NCBI GenBank assembly: GCA_963764725.1
Contig: CAVXTM010000015.1
Span: 128,001 to 192,000 of the forward strand
Length of the DNA: 64,000 nt
Direction of reading: 5' to 3'
DNA from: an uncultured Gammaproteobacteria bacterium
GTDB taxonomy: Bacteria > Pseudomonadota > Gammaproteobacteria > JACCXJ01
Shown here: piece after piece, positions 48,237 through 57,422 of the stretch
Numbering within the stretch: position 1 is the first letter of the stretch
Layout of the letters: each line of letters opens with the position of its first letter
The notes under the pieces: generated by a model
What the model saw: only the letters and a program-made list of their open reading frames with translations
What the model was told of the DNA's origin: nothing
Database searches by the model: none
Program-made: the position numbers and the translations under genes

Positions 48237-49592
48237 CTAATTGGGTGCGCGCCGTTGCAAGGTGAGGCCCTTGAGCAAGTTAAGCGCTTCGTACAATTCA
48301 TAGTCGCTGGTCGCCAGGGCTTGACCGGTTTCCGTATTCGCTTTTGCGTCCGTTGGCTTGGTTTCGGTCTGCGTCGCCTCGGCAGGGGGCTGCTTCCCGT
48401 TCGAGAGGTGTCGCGTGAGGTTGCTCTCCTTAATCTCGTCCAAGGCCGGATTTTCCGCGGCCGCCACTTTTACCCGATCCAAAATGATGTCGGGGACAAT
48501 GCCCTCGGCCTGGATGGAGCGGCCCGAGGGAGTGTAGTAAAGCGCGGTCGTGAGTTTAAGCGCGGCGTCATTGTTCATCGGCAGGATGGTTTGCACGGAG
48601 CCTTTCCCAAAGGTCTTGCTCCCCATAACCACGGCGCGGCGCGCGTCTTGAAGCGCGCCAGCCACGATTTCCGAGGCCGAGGCCGATCCGCCGTTAACGA
48701 GTATGACGATCGGCGCCCCGTTCAAGGCATCCTTGGGTTTCGCGTCGAATCTCAGTTCGGATCCCTTGCCGCGCCCCTTGGTCAGGACAATAAGACCTTT
48801 TTCCATGAATACGTCGGCGACGGCCACCGCCGAGCCCAAGATCCCGCCGGGGTTATTACGCAGATCGAGGATGAGCCCGGAGAGCCTGTACTTGTTTTCA
48901 CGTTTCAGGGTGTCGAGGGCGGCGATTAGATCGTCGCCCGTGCGCGTTTGAAAATGCGAGATGCGTACATAGCCCAGTTGCGGTTCCAAGGTCCGGCTCT
49001 TGACGCTTTGCACCTTGATTACCGCTCGCTTTACGGAGATCGCCAGCGGCTTTTCCTCGCCTTCGCGTAAGATGGTTAGCTGAATGGCCGTTCCGGGTTT
49101 GCCCCGCATCATTTTTACCGCGTCGTTAAGGCTCATGCCTTTCACCGGCGTATCGTCAAGGCGGACGATAAGATCACCCGCCTTGATCCCGGCTTGCTGC
49201 GCCGGCGTATCATCGATCGGCGCGATTACCTTTACGAAGCCGTCCTCCATCCCGACCTCGATCCCGAGGCCCCCAAATTCCCCGCTCGTACCTTCCTGCA
49301 AGCCACCGTAGGCGTCGGGGTCGAGATAGGCCGAATGCGGATCGAGCCCCGACAACATTCCCCGAATCGCACTCTCGAGCAGGTCCGCGTCACCGACCTC
49401 TTCGACGTAATCGCTCTTGATCTTCGCAAATACCTCGGTAAACGTTCGCAACTCATCGAGCGGCAAGCCCGCGCGCGGATTCGAGGCGGCATTGGCAATC
49501 TCATTTCCGCCGCTAGCGAGTTGAATTCCAAGGCCGAGCCCGACCGCCAGAACAAAAACGTTTTTCACTATCTGTTTCATCGACAAACCCAC
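48237..49592 (-). CDS. ctpA: S41 carboxyl-terminal processing protease
   Basis: LDPHSAY, PDZ GLGIEV, LDLRNNPGG, SASASEIV, TFGKGSVQ. Confidence 0.95.
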   Translation of the reverse strand: MGLSMKQIVKNVFVLAVGLGLGIQLASGGNEIANAASNPRAGLPLDELRTFTEVFAKIKSDYVEEVGDADLLESAIRGMLSGLDPHSAYLDPDAYGGLQEGTSGEFGGLGIEVGMEDGFVKVIAPIDDTPAQQAGIKAGDLIVRLDDTPVKGMSLNDAVKMMRGKPGTAIQLTILREGEEKPLAISVKRAVIKVQSVKSRTLEPQLGYVRISHFQTRTGDDLIAALDTLKRENKYRLSGLILDLRNNPGGILGSAVAVADVFMEKGLIVLTKGRGKGSELRFDAKPKDALNGAPIVILVNGGSASASEIVAGALQDARRAVVMGSKTFGKGSVQTILPMNNDAALKLTTALYYTPSGRSIQAEGIVPDIILDRVKVAAAENPALDEIKESNLTRHLSNGKQPPAEATQTETKPTDAKANTETGQALATSDYELYEALNLLKGLTLQRRAPN

Positions 49593-49627
49593 CGGGAAAT
49601 CAAATAAGATTACGATTAAGTTCGCTA

Positions 49628-51247
49628 TTACCGCAATAAGCGGCCCAGGCGTTGCCGTGGCCGCAGCGACTTGCGCCAGGTTCCTTCGGCCTGTTCCAGC
49701 GCGACCAGCGTGCGCCCGCTCATTTCCGCGGGCGGATCAAGGCCAAGAAGATAGAGCAGCGTTGGAGCGATATCGGCGAGCGTGCCGCTCCGTGCAAGCT
49801 CGGCGGGACGCCCGATATAGACCAGCGGTACCCGATTGCGGGTGTGAGCCGTGTACGGCTGTCCGCGCCGCATCTTGGTGGAAACCCCCCGCATCTTCTC
49901 GGCGTTACCGTGGTCGGCGGTGATGAGCATCTCCCCGCCAACGGCTTGAATCGCGGCCACGATGCGTCCGAGACAGGTGTCGATTGCTTCGATCGCCTTG
50001 ACCGTGGCCTCGAAGTTACCCGTGTGGCCGACCATGTCGGCATTCGCAAAATTGCAAACGATGACATCGTATTTCTTGCTATAAATCGCCTCGACCAGGC
50101 GATCCGTGATCGCGTCGGCGCTCATCTCAGGCTTGAGGTCGTAAGTCGCGACGTGGGGCGAGGGCACCAGGATGCGATCCTCACCCTCGAAGACACGCTC
50201 CTCGCCGCCGTTGAAAAAGTAGGTGACGTGGGCGTATTTTTCCGTCTCGGCGATGCGCAGTTGGGTGAGTCCTTGGTGGGCGAGGTATTCGCCCAAGACG
50301 TTGTGCAGGCGTTCCGGGGGATAGGCGCAGGGAATGTGAAAATCGGCGTGATAGCGGGTCAGGCTGACAAAGGCGCCGAGCGCCGGCATACGTGCGCGCG
50401 CGAAGCGGTCGAAATCGGGTTCGATAAATGCCCGGGTGAGCTGACGGGCGCGGTCGGCGCGGAAGTTCATGAACACCACGACATCGCCATCGGCCACCGT
50501 TACCGCTTCGCCGTTCGCGGGCACGATCGCCGTGGCCTGGACGAACTCGTCGGTCTCCCCGCGCGCGTAGGCCATGTCGAGGGCGATGAATGGGTCCGTG
50601 GATCGGTAGCGGGCGCGGCCGTGGGCGATGAGATCATAGGCTTCTCGGGTACGGCTCCAGCGGTGGTTGCGGTCCATGGCGAAATAGCGGCCGATGAGTG
50701 AGGCGATCCGTCCTGCGCCGGTCGCCGCAATCTTGACCTGTGCCTCGAGAATGGAGTCGGCGGCGCTTTTTGGGGGGCGGTCGCGCCCGTCCAAAAAGGC
50801 ATGCAGGTAGATCTGCGTTGCACCGCGCTTGGCCGCGAGATCGATCATGGCAAGGATGTGCGTCTCGTGGCTGTGAACGCCGCCGGGCGAGAGCAGACCC
50901 AAGATATGGATCGCGCGCCCGCTCCCCACGGCGCGGTCGACGGGAACGATCAGGTTCTCGTTGCGGAAGAAGGAACCGTCTTCGACGGCGCGGGTGATGC
51001 GCGTGAACTCCTGCAACACCAATCGTCCCGCGCCAAGGTGCATGTGCCCGACCTCGGAGTTTCCCATTTGATTGTCCGGCAGGCCGACATCTAGGCCCGA
51101 ACAACCGATAATTGTATGCGGGTACAATGCCCAGAGATCGTCCCAAACCGGCTTATGCGCGCTATGGATGGCATTGTATTCGGTAGTGTCGCTGTGGCCC
51201 CATCCGTCGAGGACGGTGAGGATTAGGGGGCGCGGGTTTAGGGCCAT
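49628..51247 (-). CDS. gpmI: 2,3-BPG-independent phosphoglycerate mutase
   Basis: [41 protein letters not shown]. Confidence 0.97.
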   Translation of the reverse strand: MALNPRPLILTVLDGWGHSDTTEYNAIHSAHKPVWDDLWALYPHTIIGCSGLDVGLPDNQMGNSEVGHMHLGAGRLVLQEFTRITRAVEDGSFFRNENLIVPVDRAVGSGRAIHILGLLSPGGVHSHETHILAMIDLAAKRGATQIYLHAFLDGRDRPPKSAADSILEAQVKIAATGAGRIASLIGRYFAMDRNHRWSRTREAYDLIAHGRARYRSTDPFIALDMAYARGETDEFVQATAIVPANGEAVTVADGDVVVFMNFRADRARQLTRAFIEPDFDRFARARMPALGAFVSLTRYHADFHIPCAYPPERLHNVLGEYLAHQGLTQLRIAETEKYAHVTYFFNGGEERVFEGEDRILVPSPHVATYDLKPEMSADAITDRLVEAIYSKKYDVIVCNFANADMVGHTGNFEATVKAIEAIDTCLGRIVAAIQAVGGEMLITADHGNAEKMRGVSTKMRRGQPYTAHTRNRVPLVYIGRPAELARSGTLADIAPTLLYLLGLDPPAEMSGRTLVALEQAEGTWRKSLRPRQRLGRLLR

Positions 51248-51513
51248 GCGCGTGAGGTGAGGCGCGGCGGGTAGCTGCGGTGGCTGGACGGAACCGCATG
51301 GCTGGTAAACATTCGCGCGAGTGTATCATGATCCGGTGTCATGATTGCGTGGGATCCGAGGCGCGGGCGTTACGCGTGGCAGTGAGCATGGCCTTTTTAT
51401 CCGTGGCCTGGCAAAATTAGCCCATGCGCTGCGACGCTTGTACGGCGGTGCTCGAGCTGAGATCACGATGGCTGGCAACGCGACGTAGCGGCGAACGGGG
51501 TAGAGGAGATTAA

Positions 51514-51939
51514 ATGGAGCAACTTGGCGAATTCATAGTGAATCATTGGGTATTGTTTTCTGTGCTGGTGGTGAATATTTTGGCGCTGGCGCTGTATGTC
51601 GCGAAAGCATCCGCGGGCGGGGCGCCGCAACTGCCTCCGACCGAGGTGACTCGAATCGTAAATCATGAGGACGCGATCATTATCGACGTGCGTGATCAAG
51701 CGGCCTATGGCCGCGGGCATATCTTAGGCTCGCTGAGCCTCCCGCTCGCGGACCTGCCGAGCCGCGCGGGCACGCTGACGCTCGATCGCAAGAAACCGGT
51801 GATCCTCTGCTGCCAGGCCGGGAACACCTCCGTCGCCGCGGTGGAGCCTTTGACCAAGGCGGGATTCGAGCGCATCTACCGGCTCAAGGGCGGAATACTA
51901 GAATGGCAGCAGAGCAATTTACCGGTCACTAAAAGGTAG
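51514..51939 (+). CDS. Rhodanese-like protein (YibN type)
   Basis: N-terminal TM, IIDVRD, GHI, LKGGILEW; upstream of secB. Confidence 0.9.
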   Translation: MEQLGEFIVNHWVLFSVLVVNILALALYVAKASAGGAPQLPPTEVTRIVNHEDAIIIDVRDQAAYGRGHILGSLSLPLADLPSRAGTLTLDRKKPVILCCQAGNTSVAAVEPLTKAGFERIYRLKGGILEWQQSNLPVTKR

Positions 51940-51962
51940 GTAGAGGAAAGCGAAGCAAAGCT

Positions 51963-52463
51963 ATGACAGGTGCCAACGGGGATCAGGACAACGCTACGCA
52001 AGCGCAGCCGCTGGCCGGCCAGTTGGCGATCCAAAAGATCTACGCTAAGGATATTTCCTTCGAAGCGCCGCAGTCCCCGCGCGCTTTTCTGCAGAAATTG
52101 AATCCGACCATCGACGTCCAGCTCAATAATCAAGCTACACGTCTCGATGAGGAGGTCCACGAGGTGGTGTTGACCGTGACCGTCACCGTGCGCAGCGAGG
52201 ATAAGCCGCTATATGTGGTCGAGTTACAACAAGCGGGGATCTTTACGATCGCGGGCTTTCCTCCGGAGCACCTGGGGACGATCCTGGCGACGGCCTGTCC
52301 CAATATACTGTTTCCGTACGCCCGCGAGGCGGTATCCGACTTAGTGATCCGCGGGGGGTATCCGCCGCTCCTGCTCGCCCCGGTTAACTTTGATGCGCTG
52401 TATGCGCAGGAGCTCAAGCGCCGCCAGCAGAGGGTGCCGTCCCAGGCGGAGCAAGCGCATTAG
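51963..52463 (+). CDS. secB: Protein export chaperone
   Basis: IQKIYAKDISFEAP, QAGIF, CPNILFPYARE, PVNFDALY. Confidence 0.96.
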   Translation: MTGANGDQDNATQAQPLAGQLAIQKIYAKDISFEAPQSPRAFLQKLNPTIDVQLNNQATRLDEEVHEVVLTVTVTVRSEDKPLYVVELQQAGIFTIAGFPPEHLGTILATACPNILFPYAREAVSDLVIRGGYPPLLLAPVNFDALYAQELKRRQQRVPSQAEQAH

Positions 52464-52494
52464 GAAGCGGTTTTAACCGCGTTCGCAACCGGCG

Positions 52495-53520
52495 TTGGAT
52501 CCTTTCCTTGCGGCAAACACAACGGCGCCTATTCTCGTGATGGGCGCCGGTTCCTGGGGCACGGCGCTTGCCGTTCTTTTGGCGCGCAACGGGCAGCCGA
52601 CCTTCCTGTGGGGGCATGATCCGGCGCACATCGCCTCGCTGCGCGAGACGCGCCGCAACACTCGCTTCCTTCCTGGCATCGTCCTACCAGGAGCGGTTAT
52701 GCCGATTACGCATCTCCCGCCGGTTAGCATACGGGATGTCATTATCGCGGTGCCCGTGAATGCGTTGCGGGAGGTCACGCGTGACGTTCTGATTGAGGTT
52801 TCGGGACCCTTGCGCATCGCGTTGGCATGCAAGGGCATCGAAGCGAGCACCCACAAGCTAGGGCACGAAACCGTCGAGGAGGTGCTCGGGATGAACACGG
52901 TCACCGCCCTGGTCTCCGGACCGAGCTTTGCGGCGGAAGTTGCCGCGGGTCTGCCGACCGCGTTGACCGTGGCCTCGCGTAACGAGCCTTTCGCGCGCGA
53001 TCTGGTCAAGCGTTTACACAACCGGAGCTTTAGGGCGTACATCAGCGATGACCTCACCGGGGTCGCCATCGGCGGGGCCGTTAAGAATGTCCTGGCCATC
53101 GCGGCGGGCGTCGGGGATGGCCTCGGATTCGGCGCCAATACGCGCGCGGCGCTGATTACCCGGGGGCTTGCCGAGATGGTGCGCTTGGGTTTGGCCTTGG
53201 GGGGCCAGCGGGCTACGCTCACGGGTCTCGCCGGCATCGGTGATTTGGTGCTAACTTGTACCGATGATCAGTCGCGCAACCGGAGGCTCGGCCTCATGCT
53301 CGGGCGGGGCGTGAGCCTGCCCGAGGCGGTACGCCGCATCGGGCAGGTCGTGGAAGGCGTCCGAACGGCCTACGAGGTATTGTCCTTGGCGCGAAAACAC
53401 GTCATCGAAATGCCGATCACCGAGCAGGTCGTGCGCGTTGTGGCTGGTGACTGTGAGCCCCGCGAGGCAGTGCAGACATTGCTCGCGCGCGAGCCGCGCC
53501 AGGAGATCGAGGGCAGCTAG
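52495..53520 (+). CDS. gpsA: NAD(P)H-dependent glycerol-3-phosphate dehydrogenase
   Basis: GAGSWGTALA, SGPSFA, GAVKNV, GDLVLTC, SRNRR. Confidence 0.96.
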   Translation: MDPFLAANTTAPILVMGAGSWGTALAVLLARNGQPTFLWGHDPAHIASLRETRRNTRFLPGIVLPGAVMPITHLPPVSIRDVIIAVPVNALREVTRDVLIEVSGPLRIALACKGIEASTHKLGHETVEEVLGMNTVTALVSGPSFAAEVAAGLPTALTVASRNEPFARDLVKRLHNRSFRAYISDDLTGVAIGGAVKNVLAIAAGVGDGLGFGANTRAALITRGLAEMVRLGLALGGQRATLTGLAGIGDLVLTCTDDQSRNRRLGLMLGRGVSLPEAVRRIGQVVEGVRTAYEVLSLARKHVIEMPITEQVVRVVAGDCEPREAVQTLLAREPRQEIEGS

Positions 53521-53541
53521 ACTATCGGGCACATTGGTCAT

Positions 53542-54030
53542 TTAAAGAGCAGCTTGCGTTGCCAGTGAGCCCGCACCATGAAAACCCTGCTGCCGCCAGG
53601 CTTCGTAAACAATGACGGCCACAGCATTCGATAAGTTCAGGCTGCGGCATCCGGCCCGCATCGGAACGCGGAGGATGTTCTCGCGACCGAGTCGCTCAAG
53701 GAGGTGCGGTGGTAGCCCCCGCGTCTCGGGACCGAACAGGAATGCGTCTTCGGGCTGGAAAGCGATGTCCGTATAACACCCTCGCCCTTTGGTTGAGAAC
53801 CCGAATACCCGTAGCGGTTGCACGTGCGCCATAAACGCCCCGATCTCGGTATGGACAGCGATCCCCGTCAGTTCGTGATAATCGAGGCCTGCGCGCCGCA
53901 GGCGCCTATCCTGGAGCGAGAATCCTAATGGCTCGATAAGATGCAGGCGCGCCCCGGTATTCGCGCACAGACGTATAATATTGCCCGTGTTCGGCGGGAT
54001 TTCCGGCTGATAGAGAACAACATGAAACAA
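53542..54030 (-). CDS. trmL: tRNA (C34/U34 2'-O)-methyltransferase
   Basis: PEIPPNTGNI, RRAGLDY, FGPETRGL, RSLNLSN; start probably TTG 54030. Confidence 0.95.
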   Translation of the reverse strand: MFHVVLYQPEIPPNTGNIIRLCANTGARLHLIEPLGFSLQDRRLRRAGLDYHELTGIAVHTEIGAFMAHVQPLRVFGFSTKGRGCYTDIAFQPEDAFLFGPETRGLPPHLLERLGRENILRVPMRAGCRSLNLSNAVAVIVYEAWRQQGFHGAGSLATQAAL

Positions 54031-54038
54031 GGTGGCTG

Positions 54039-55007
54039 ATGGCTGCACGCGAACAAGACATGCTGGCCGTCGATTTCCGCGGCCTGCCGTTCACGACCCC
54101 GTTGGTGTTGTTGTCAGGTTGCGTGGGCTTCGGCGAAGAATACACGCGCGTCACCGGATTTTCCAACCGCGATGCAGGGGCGATCTGCTTGAAGGGGACG
54201 ACGCTCGAGGCGAGACTCGGGAACCCCCCGCACCGGATCGCCGAGACGCCGGGCGGCATGCTGAACGCGATCGGCTTACAGAACCCCGGTGCCCGGGCGG
54301 TGGTCGACGCCATTTTGCCGCGCTTGAATTTTGAGGAGACGCGCTTCATCGCCAACGTGTCCGGCTCGACAATCGAAGAATACCGGGAGGTGACCCGGAT
54401 TTTCGATGATTCCCCCATCGATGCCATCGAGATCAATATTTCTTGTCCCAACGTCAAGGAAGGCGGTGTCGCCTTCGGGAACGATGCCCATATGTCTGCG
54501 CGCGTCGTGGCGGCCTGCCGGGCGGTCACGCGCAAGCCTCTGATCACGAAACTCTCGCCGAACCAGGCCGAAATCGCCGAAAACGCGCGCCGCTGCATTG
54601 AGGCGGGATCGGATGCCTTGGCGGTTATCAATACCCTCATGGGGATGGCGGTGAACATCGAGACCCGCCGCCCGGTGATCGGCAATAACCAGGGAGGATT
54701 GTCGGGACCGGCCATCAAACCCATCGCGTTGCTGAAGGTACATGAGGTCTACCAAGTGTGCAGACCACACGGCATTCCGATCATCGGGCAGGGCGGGATC
54801 ACGAACGCCGCCGATGCCATCGAGTTCTTGATCGCGGGCGCGACGGCGGTCGGGATCGGGACGGCCCTGTTCTACGATCCGCTCATCTGCTCGAAGATCA
54901 ACCGCGGGATCATGGAATACCTCAAACGCCACCGCGTGCGCTCGGTTTCGGACTTGGTTGGGACACTGGAGCCCCACGCCACGGCGTCGGCGGTGTGCAC
55001 GGGCTAA
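54039..55007 (+). CDS. pyrD: Dihydroorotate dehydrogenase, family 1
   Basis: MLNAIGLQNPG, EINISCPNV, KLSPN, INT, GGLSGPAIKP. Confidence 0.92.
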   Translation: MAAREQDMLAVDFRGLPFTTPLVLLSGCVGFGEEYTRVTGFSNRDAGAICLKGTTLEARLGNPPHRIAETPGGMLNAIGLQNPGARAVVDAILPRLNFEETRFIANVSGSTIEEYREVTRIFDDSPIDAIEINISCPNVKEGGVAFGNDAHMSARVVAACRAVTRKPLITKLSPNQAEIAENARRCIEAGSDALAVINTLMGMAVNIETRRPVIGNNQGGLSGPAIKPIALLKVHEVYQVCRPHGIPIIGQGGITNAADAIEFLIAGATAVGIGTALFYDPLICSKINRGIMEYLKRHRVRSVSDLVGTLEPHATASAVCTG

Positions 55008-55132
55008 GCGTGGATGCGGCGGCCCAGTGCTTTCCGCTAAGCAGTTGGCACCTAACGCCAATGCCAGGGGGAGCTTTGCGCGACTATTTCCCAGCGCTTG
55101 GTATATTTTGGCCTTCGTTTCCTAAGTTGGCG

Positions 55133-55360
55133 TCATGCTGGCTGTCGTCGATTGTCTAAGGTATAGAGCGCATCCAAGACGCAGTGCTTGCACACATCGC
55201 CGTCATTCCACATCCCGTTAATTCCAGCAACGACCTCAACCGATAGGCGCACATCCGCGTGCTCAATAACTGTTGCTAAACGGCGACCATTTTGTACTCT
55301 GCTAAGGGTAAGGCCCGGTGTAATTTCGTTTTCACACAAATCACAGTGTCGTTTAATCAT
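55133..55360 (-). CDS. Small hypothetical protein with two CxxC motifs
   Basis: CDLC...CKHC; GAGGGA RBS. Confidence 0.55.
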   Translation of the reverse strand: MIKRHCDLCENEITPGLTLSRVQNGRRLATVIEHADVRLSVEVVAGINGMWNDGDVCKHCVLDALYTLDNRRQPA

Positions 55361-55699
55361 CGTTCCCTCTCTGATTTCGATAAGCCCTCATGTAACTTTG
55401 CTTGCGTTCGCGTATGTAATCAACCTCCTCCGCCGTGCGTTTGCGGTTGCGATACCGTGCGTCGTAGTGCCGTCTCCGTTCGGGCAGTAATACCTCGAAT
55501 CACCGCATCCATCTTCCGGAAGGCAACATCGCTGCCATGCTTCAACTCCAGGCGTACACCCGTCAGGAACGGTTGCAATTCTTCTGCTTGTGGATGAACC
55601 CATGCTCATACTATCTACGGCGACCGAGGGCGTGGCGTGACCGCTGCCGCCAGCCCACCTACTCGCTACCCGCCAGCGCGATACAGCGATGCCTTCGGC

Positions 55700-56035
55700 T
55701 TAACGGGTACTTGCCTGTGACCGATCCTTACGCAAGCGCTTCAAAAACACGCGCATTTCCTTCGCGGCTTGAATATCGCCGCGGTTCTCGGCGAGGACGA
55801 TACCTTGTTCATAGGCCTGGATGGCCTCATTGGTCAGGCCTTGTTCCGCGAGCACTCTTCCATAAAGCTTCCAAGCTGCGGAATAGCCGGGAGCGAGCGC
55901 GATGGCTTGGCGCAGGTGTTCCGCTGAGGCCGCAGGCTGGCCGCATTTATAGTGCTCGTTGGCGAGGCTGAAGCGTAAGGTCGCATCGTCGCGGCCGCGC
56001 CGCAGGAGTTCCTCGAACTGAGCGATGCGGTTCAC
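55700..56035 (-). CDS. Small TPR protein
   Basis: LRFSLANE, YSAAWKLYG, GDIQAAKEMRVFLKRL; GTG start just after ntrX. Confidence 0.85.
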   Translation of the reverse strand: MNRIAQFEELLRRGRDDATLRFSLANEHYKCGQPAASAEHLRQAIALAPGYSAAWKLYGRVLAEQGLTNEAIQAYEQGIVLAENRGDIQAAKEMRVFLKRLRKDRSQASTR

Positions 56036-56051
56036 GCTGCGGCGCCGGCCC

Positions 56052-57422
56052 TTAATTCGCAGACTCGCCGGGGGTCTGTCTCGGATCGATGCCGAGCGCC
56101 CGTAATTTGCGGTAAAGATGGGTGCGCTCGAGTCCCACACGGTCCGCGATCCGGCTGATGCTCCCGCCGGCGCGCTGGAGCTGATACTCAAAATAGGCCT
56201 TTTCAAACTGCTCGCGCGCTTCCCGTAATGGGCGGTCAAACCCGGGCAAGGGTTCGGTCAAGCTCTCCGCGGTGCGGATCCCGAGCGCGGCTTCGATCTC
56301 GAAGCCTTCCACCGTCTCCCCGCTACCCAAGATCAGCAGCCGTTGCACCAGGTTTTTCAGTTCCCTGACGTTACCGGGCCAGCCGTAGGCGCGAAGCTGT
56401 TTCTGGGCCGCGGGTGTGAAACGCCGCCGCGGTAATCCTTCTTGGGCAGCGAACAGTTCGCAATAAAAGGCCAACAATTCCGAGATATCCTCCGCGTGCT
56501 CCCGCAAGGGGGGGAGGTGGAGCGGGACCACATTGAGATGATAGTAGAGATCGTCGCGAAAGCGTCCGGCCCGAACGTATTCCATGAGGTCGTAGCGCGT
56601 CGCAGCGACGATGCGGACATCGATACTGACCGGGTCGCGCCCGCCTACGCGGAGAAACTTTTGATACTCTAAGGCGCTGAGCAGCCGGGCTTGGAGACCG
56701 AGCTCGAGGTCGGCGATGTCCTTAAGAAACAAGGTTCCCCCGTTGGCTTTCTCCAGGGAGCCGAAGTGCACATTCCCCTTTTCCTCGCTGCCGAAAAGTT
56801 CCGCAGCCGGGTTTTCCACCGCCAGTCCCGCGACGGCGACGCTCACGAAGGGCGCCTGTGCACGCGGGCTGTGATTATGAAGATAGCGGGCGAATACCTC
56901 CTTGCCCGTTCCGGGCTCTCCACGCATAAATACCGCGGTATGATGCGAGGCGATGCGCTTAACTTGATCTCGCAGCCGGATGAATGCGGGGCTGCCGCCC
57001 ACGGGCTCCGGGGTTGCCTGGCTTCTGAGGTTGATGTTCTCACGAGTGAGCGCCGCGGCCTCCAAGGCGCGTTTGATCGTGAGCAACAGCTTGGCCATCG
57101 ACAGCGGTTTCTCGATGAAGTCGTAGGCCCCGAGGCGCGTTGCTTCGACCGCCGTCTCGACGCTCCCGTGTCCTGACATCATGATCACCGGGATGTCGAG
57201 CGGGGCACCCTCGGACCATTCCTTGAGCAAGGTGATGCCGTCACAGTCCGGCATCCAGATATCGAGCAATACGAGGTCCGGCCTCCGGGCCCGGCGCGAC
57301 TCGCGCGCGCGCTCGGCGTTGTCGGCGAGCGAGACCTCGTAGCCCTCGTCTTCCAGGATCTCGCCCAGGAGCGCGCGGATATCGGGTTCGTCATCGACGA
57401 CCAAGAGATGCGGGGCGCTCAT
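56052..57422 (-). CDS. ntrX: NtrX-like response regulator
   Basis: Receiver, GEPGTGKE, WPGNVREL, ERTHLYRKL; rsmB-DUF4390-ntrYX context. Confidence 0.88.
   Translation of the reverse strand: MSAPHLLVVDDEPDIRALLGEILEDEGYEVSLADNAERARESRRARRPDLVLLDIWMPDCDGITLLKEWSEGAPLDIPVIMMSGHGSVETAVEATRLGAYDFIEKPLSMAKLLLTIKRALEAAALTRENINLRSQATPEPVGGSPAFIRLRDQVKRIASHHTAVFMRGEPGTGKEVFARYLHNHSPRAQAPFVSVAVAGLAVENPAAELFGSEEKGNVHFGSLEKANGGTLFLKDIADLELGLQARLLSALEYQKFLRVGGRDPVSIDVRIVAATRYDLMEYVRAGRFRDDLYYHLNVVPLHLPPLREHAEDISELLAFYCELFAAQEGLPRRRFTPAAQKQLRAYGWPGNVRELKNLVQRLLILGSGETVEGFEIEAALGIRTAESLTEPLPGFDRPLREAREQFEKAYFEYQLQRAGGSISRIADRVGLERTHLYRKLRALGIDPRQTPGESAN

Noticed and set aside
56052-57422. NtrX lacking the GAFTGA loop
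   Set aside because: A degenerate loop is a known property of NtrX-type regulators in this gene context.
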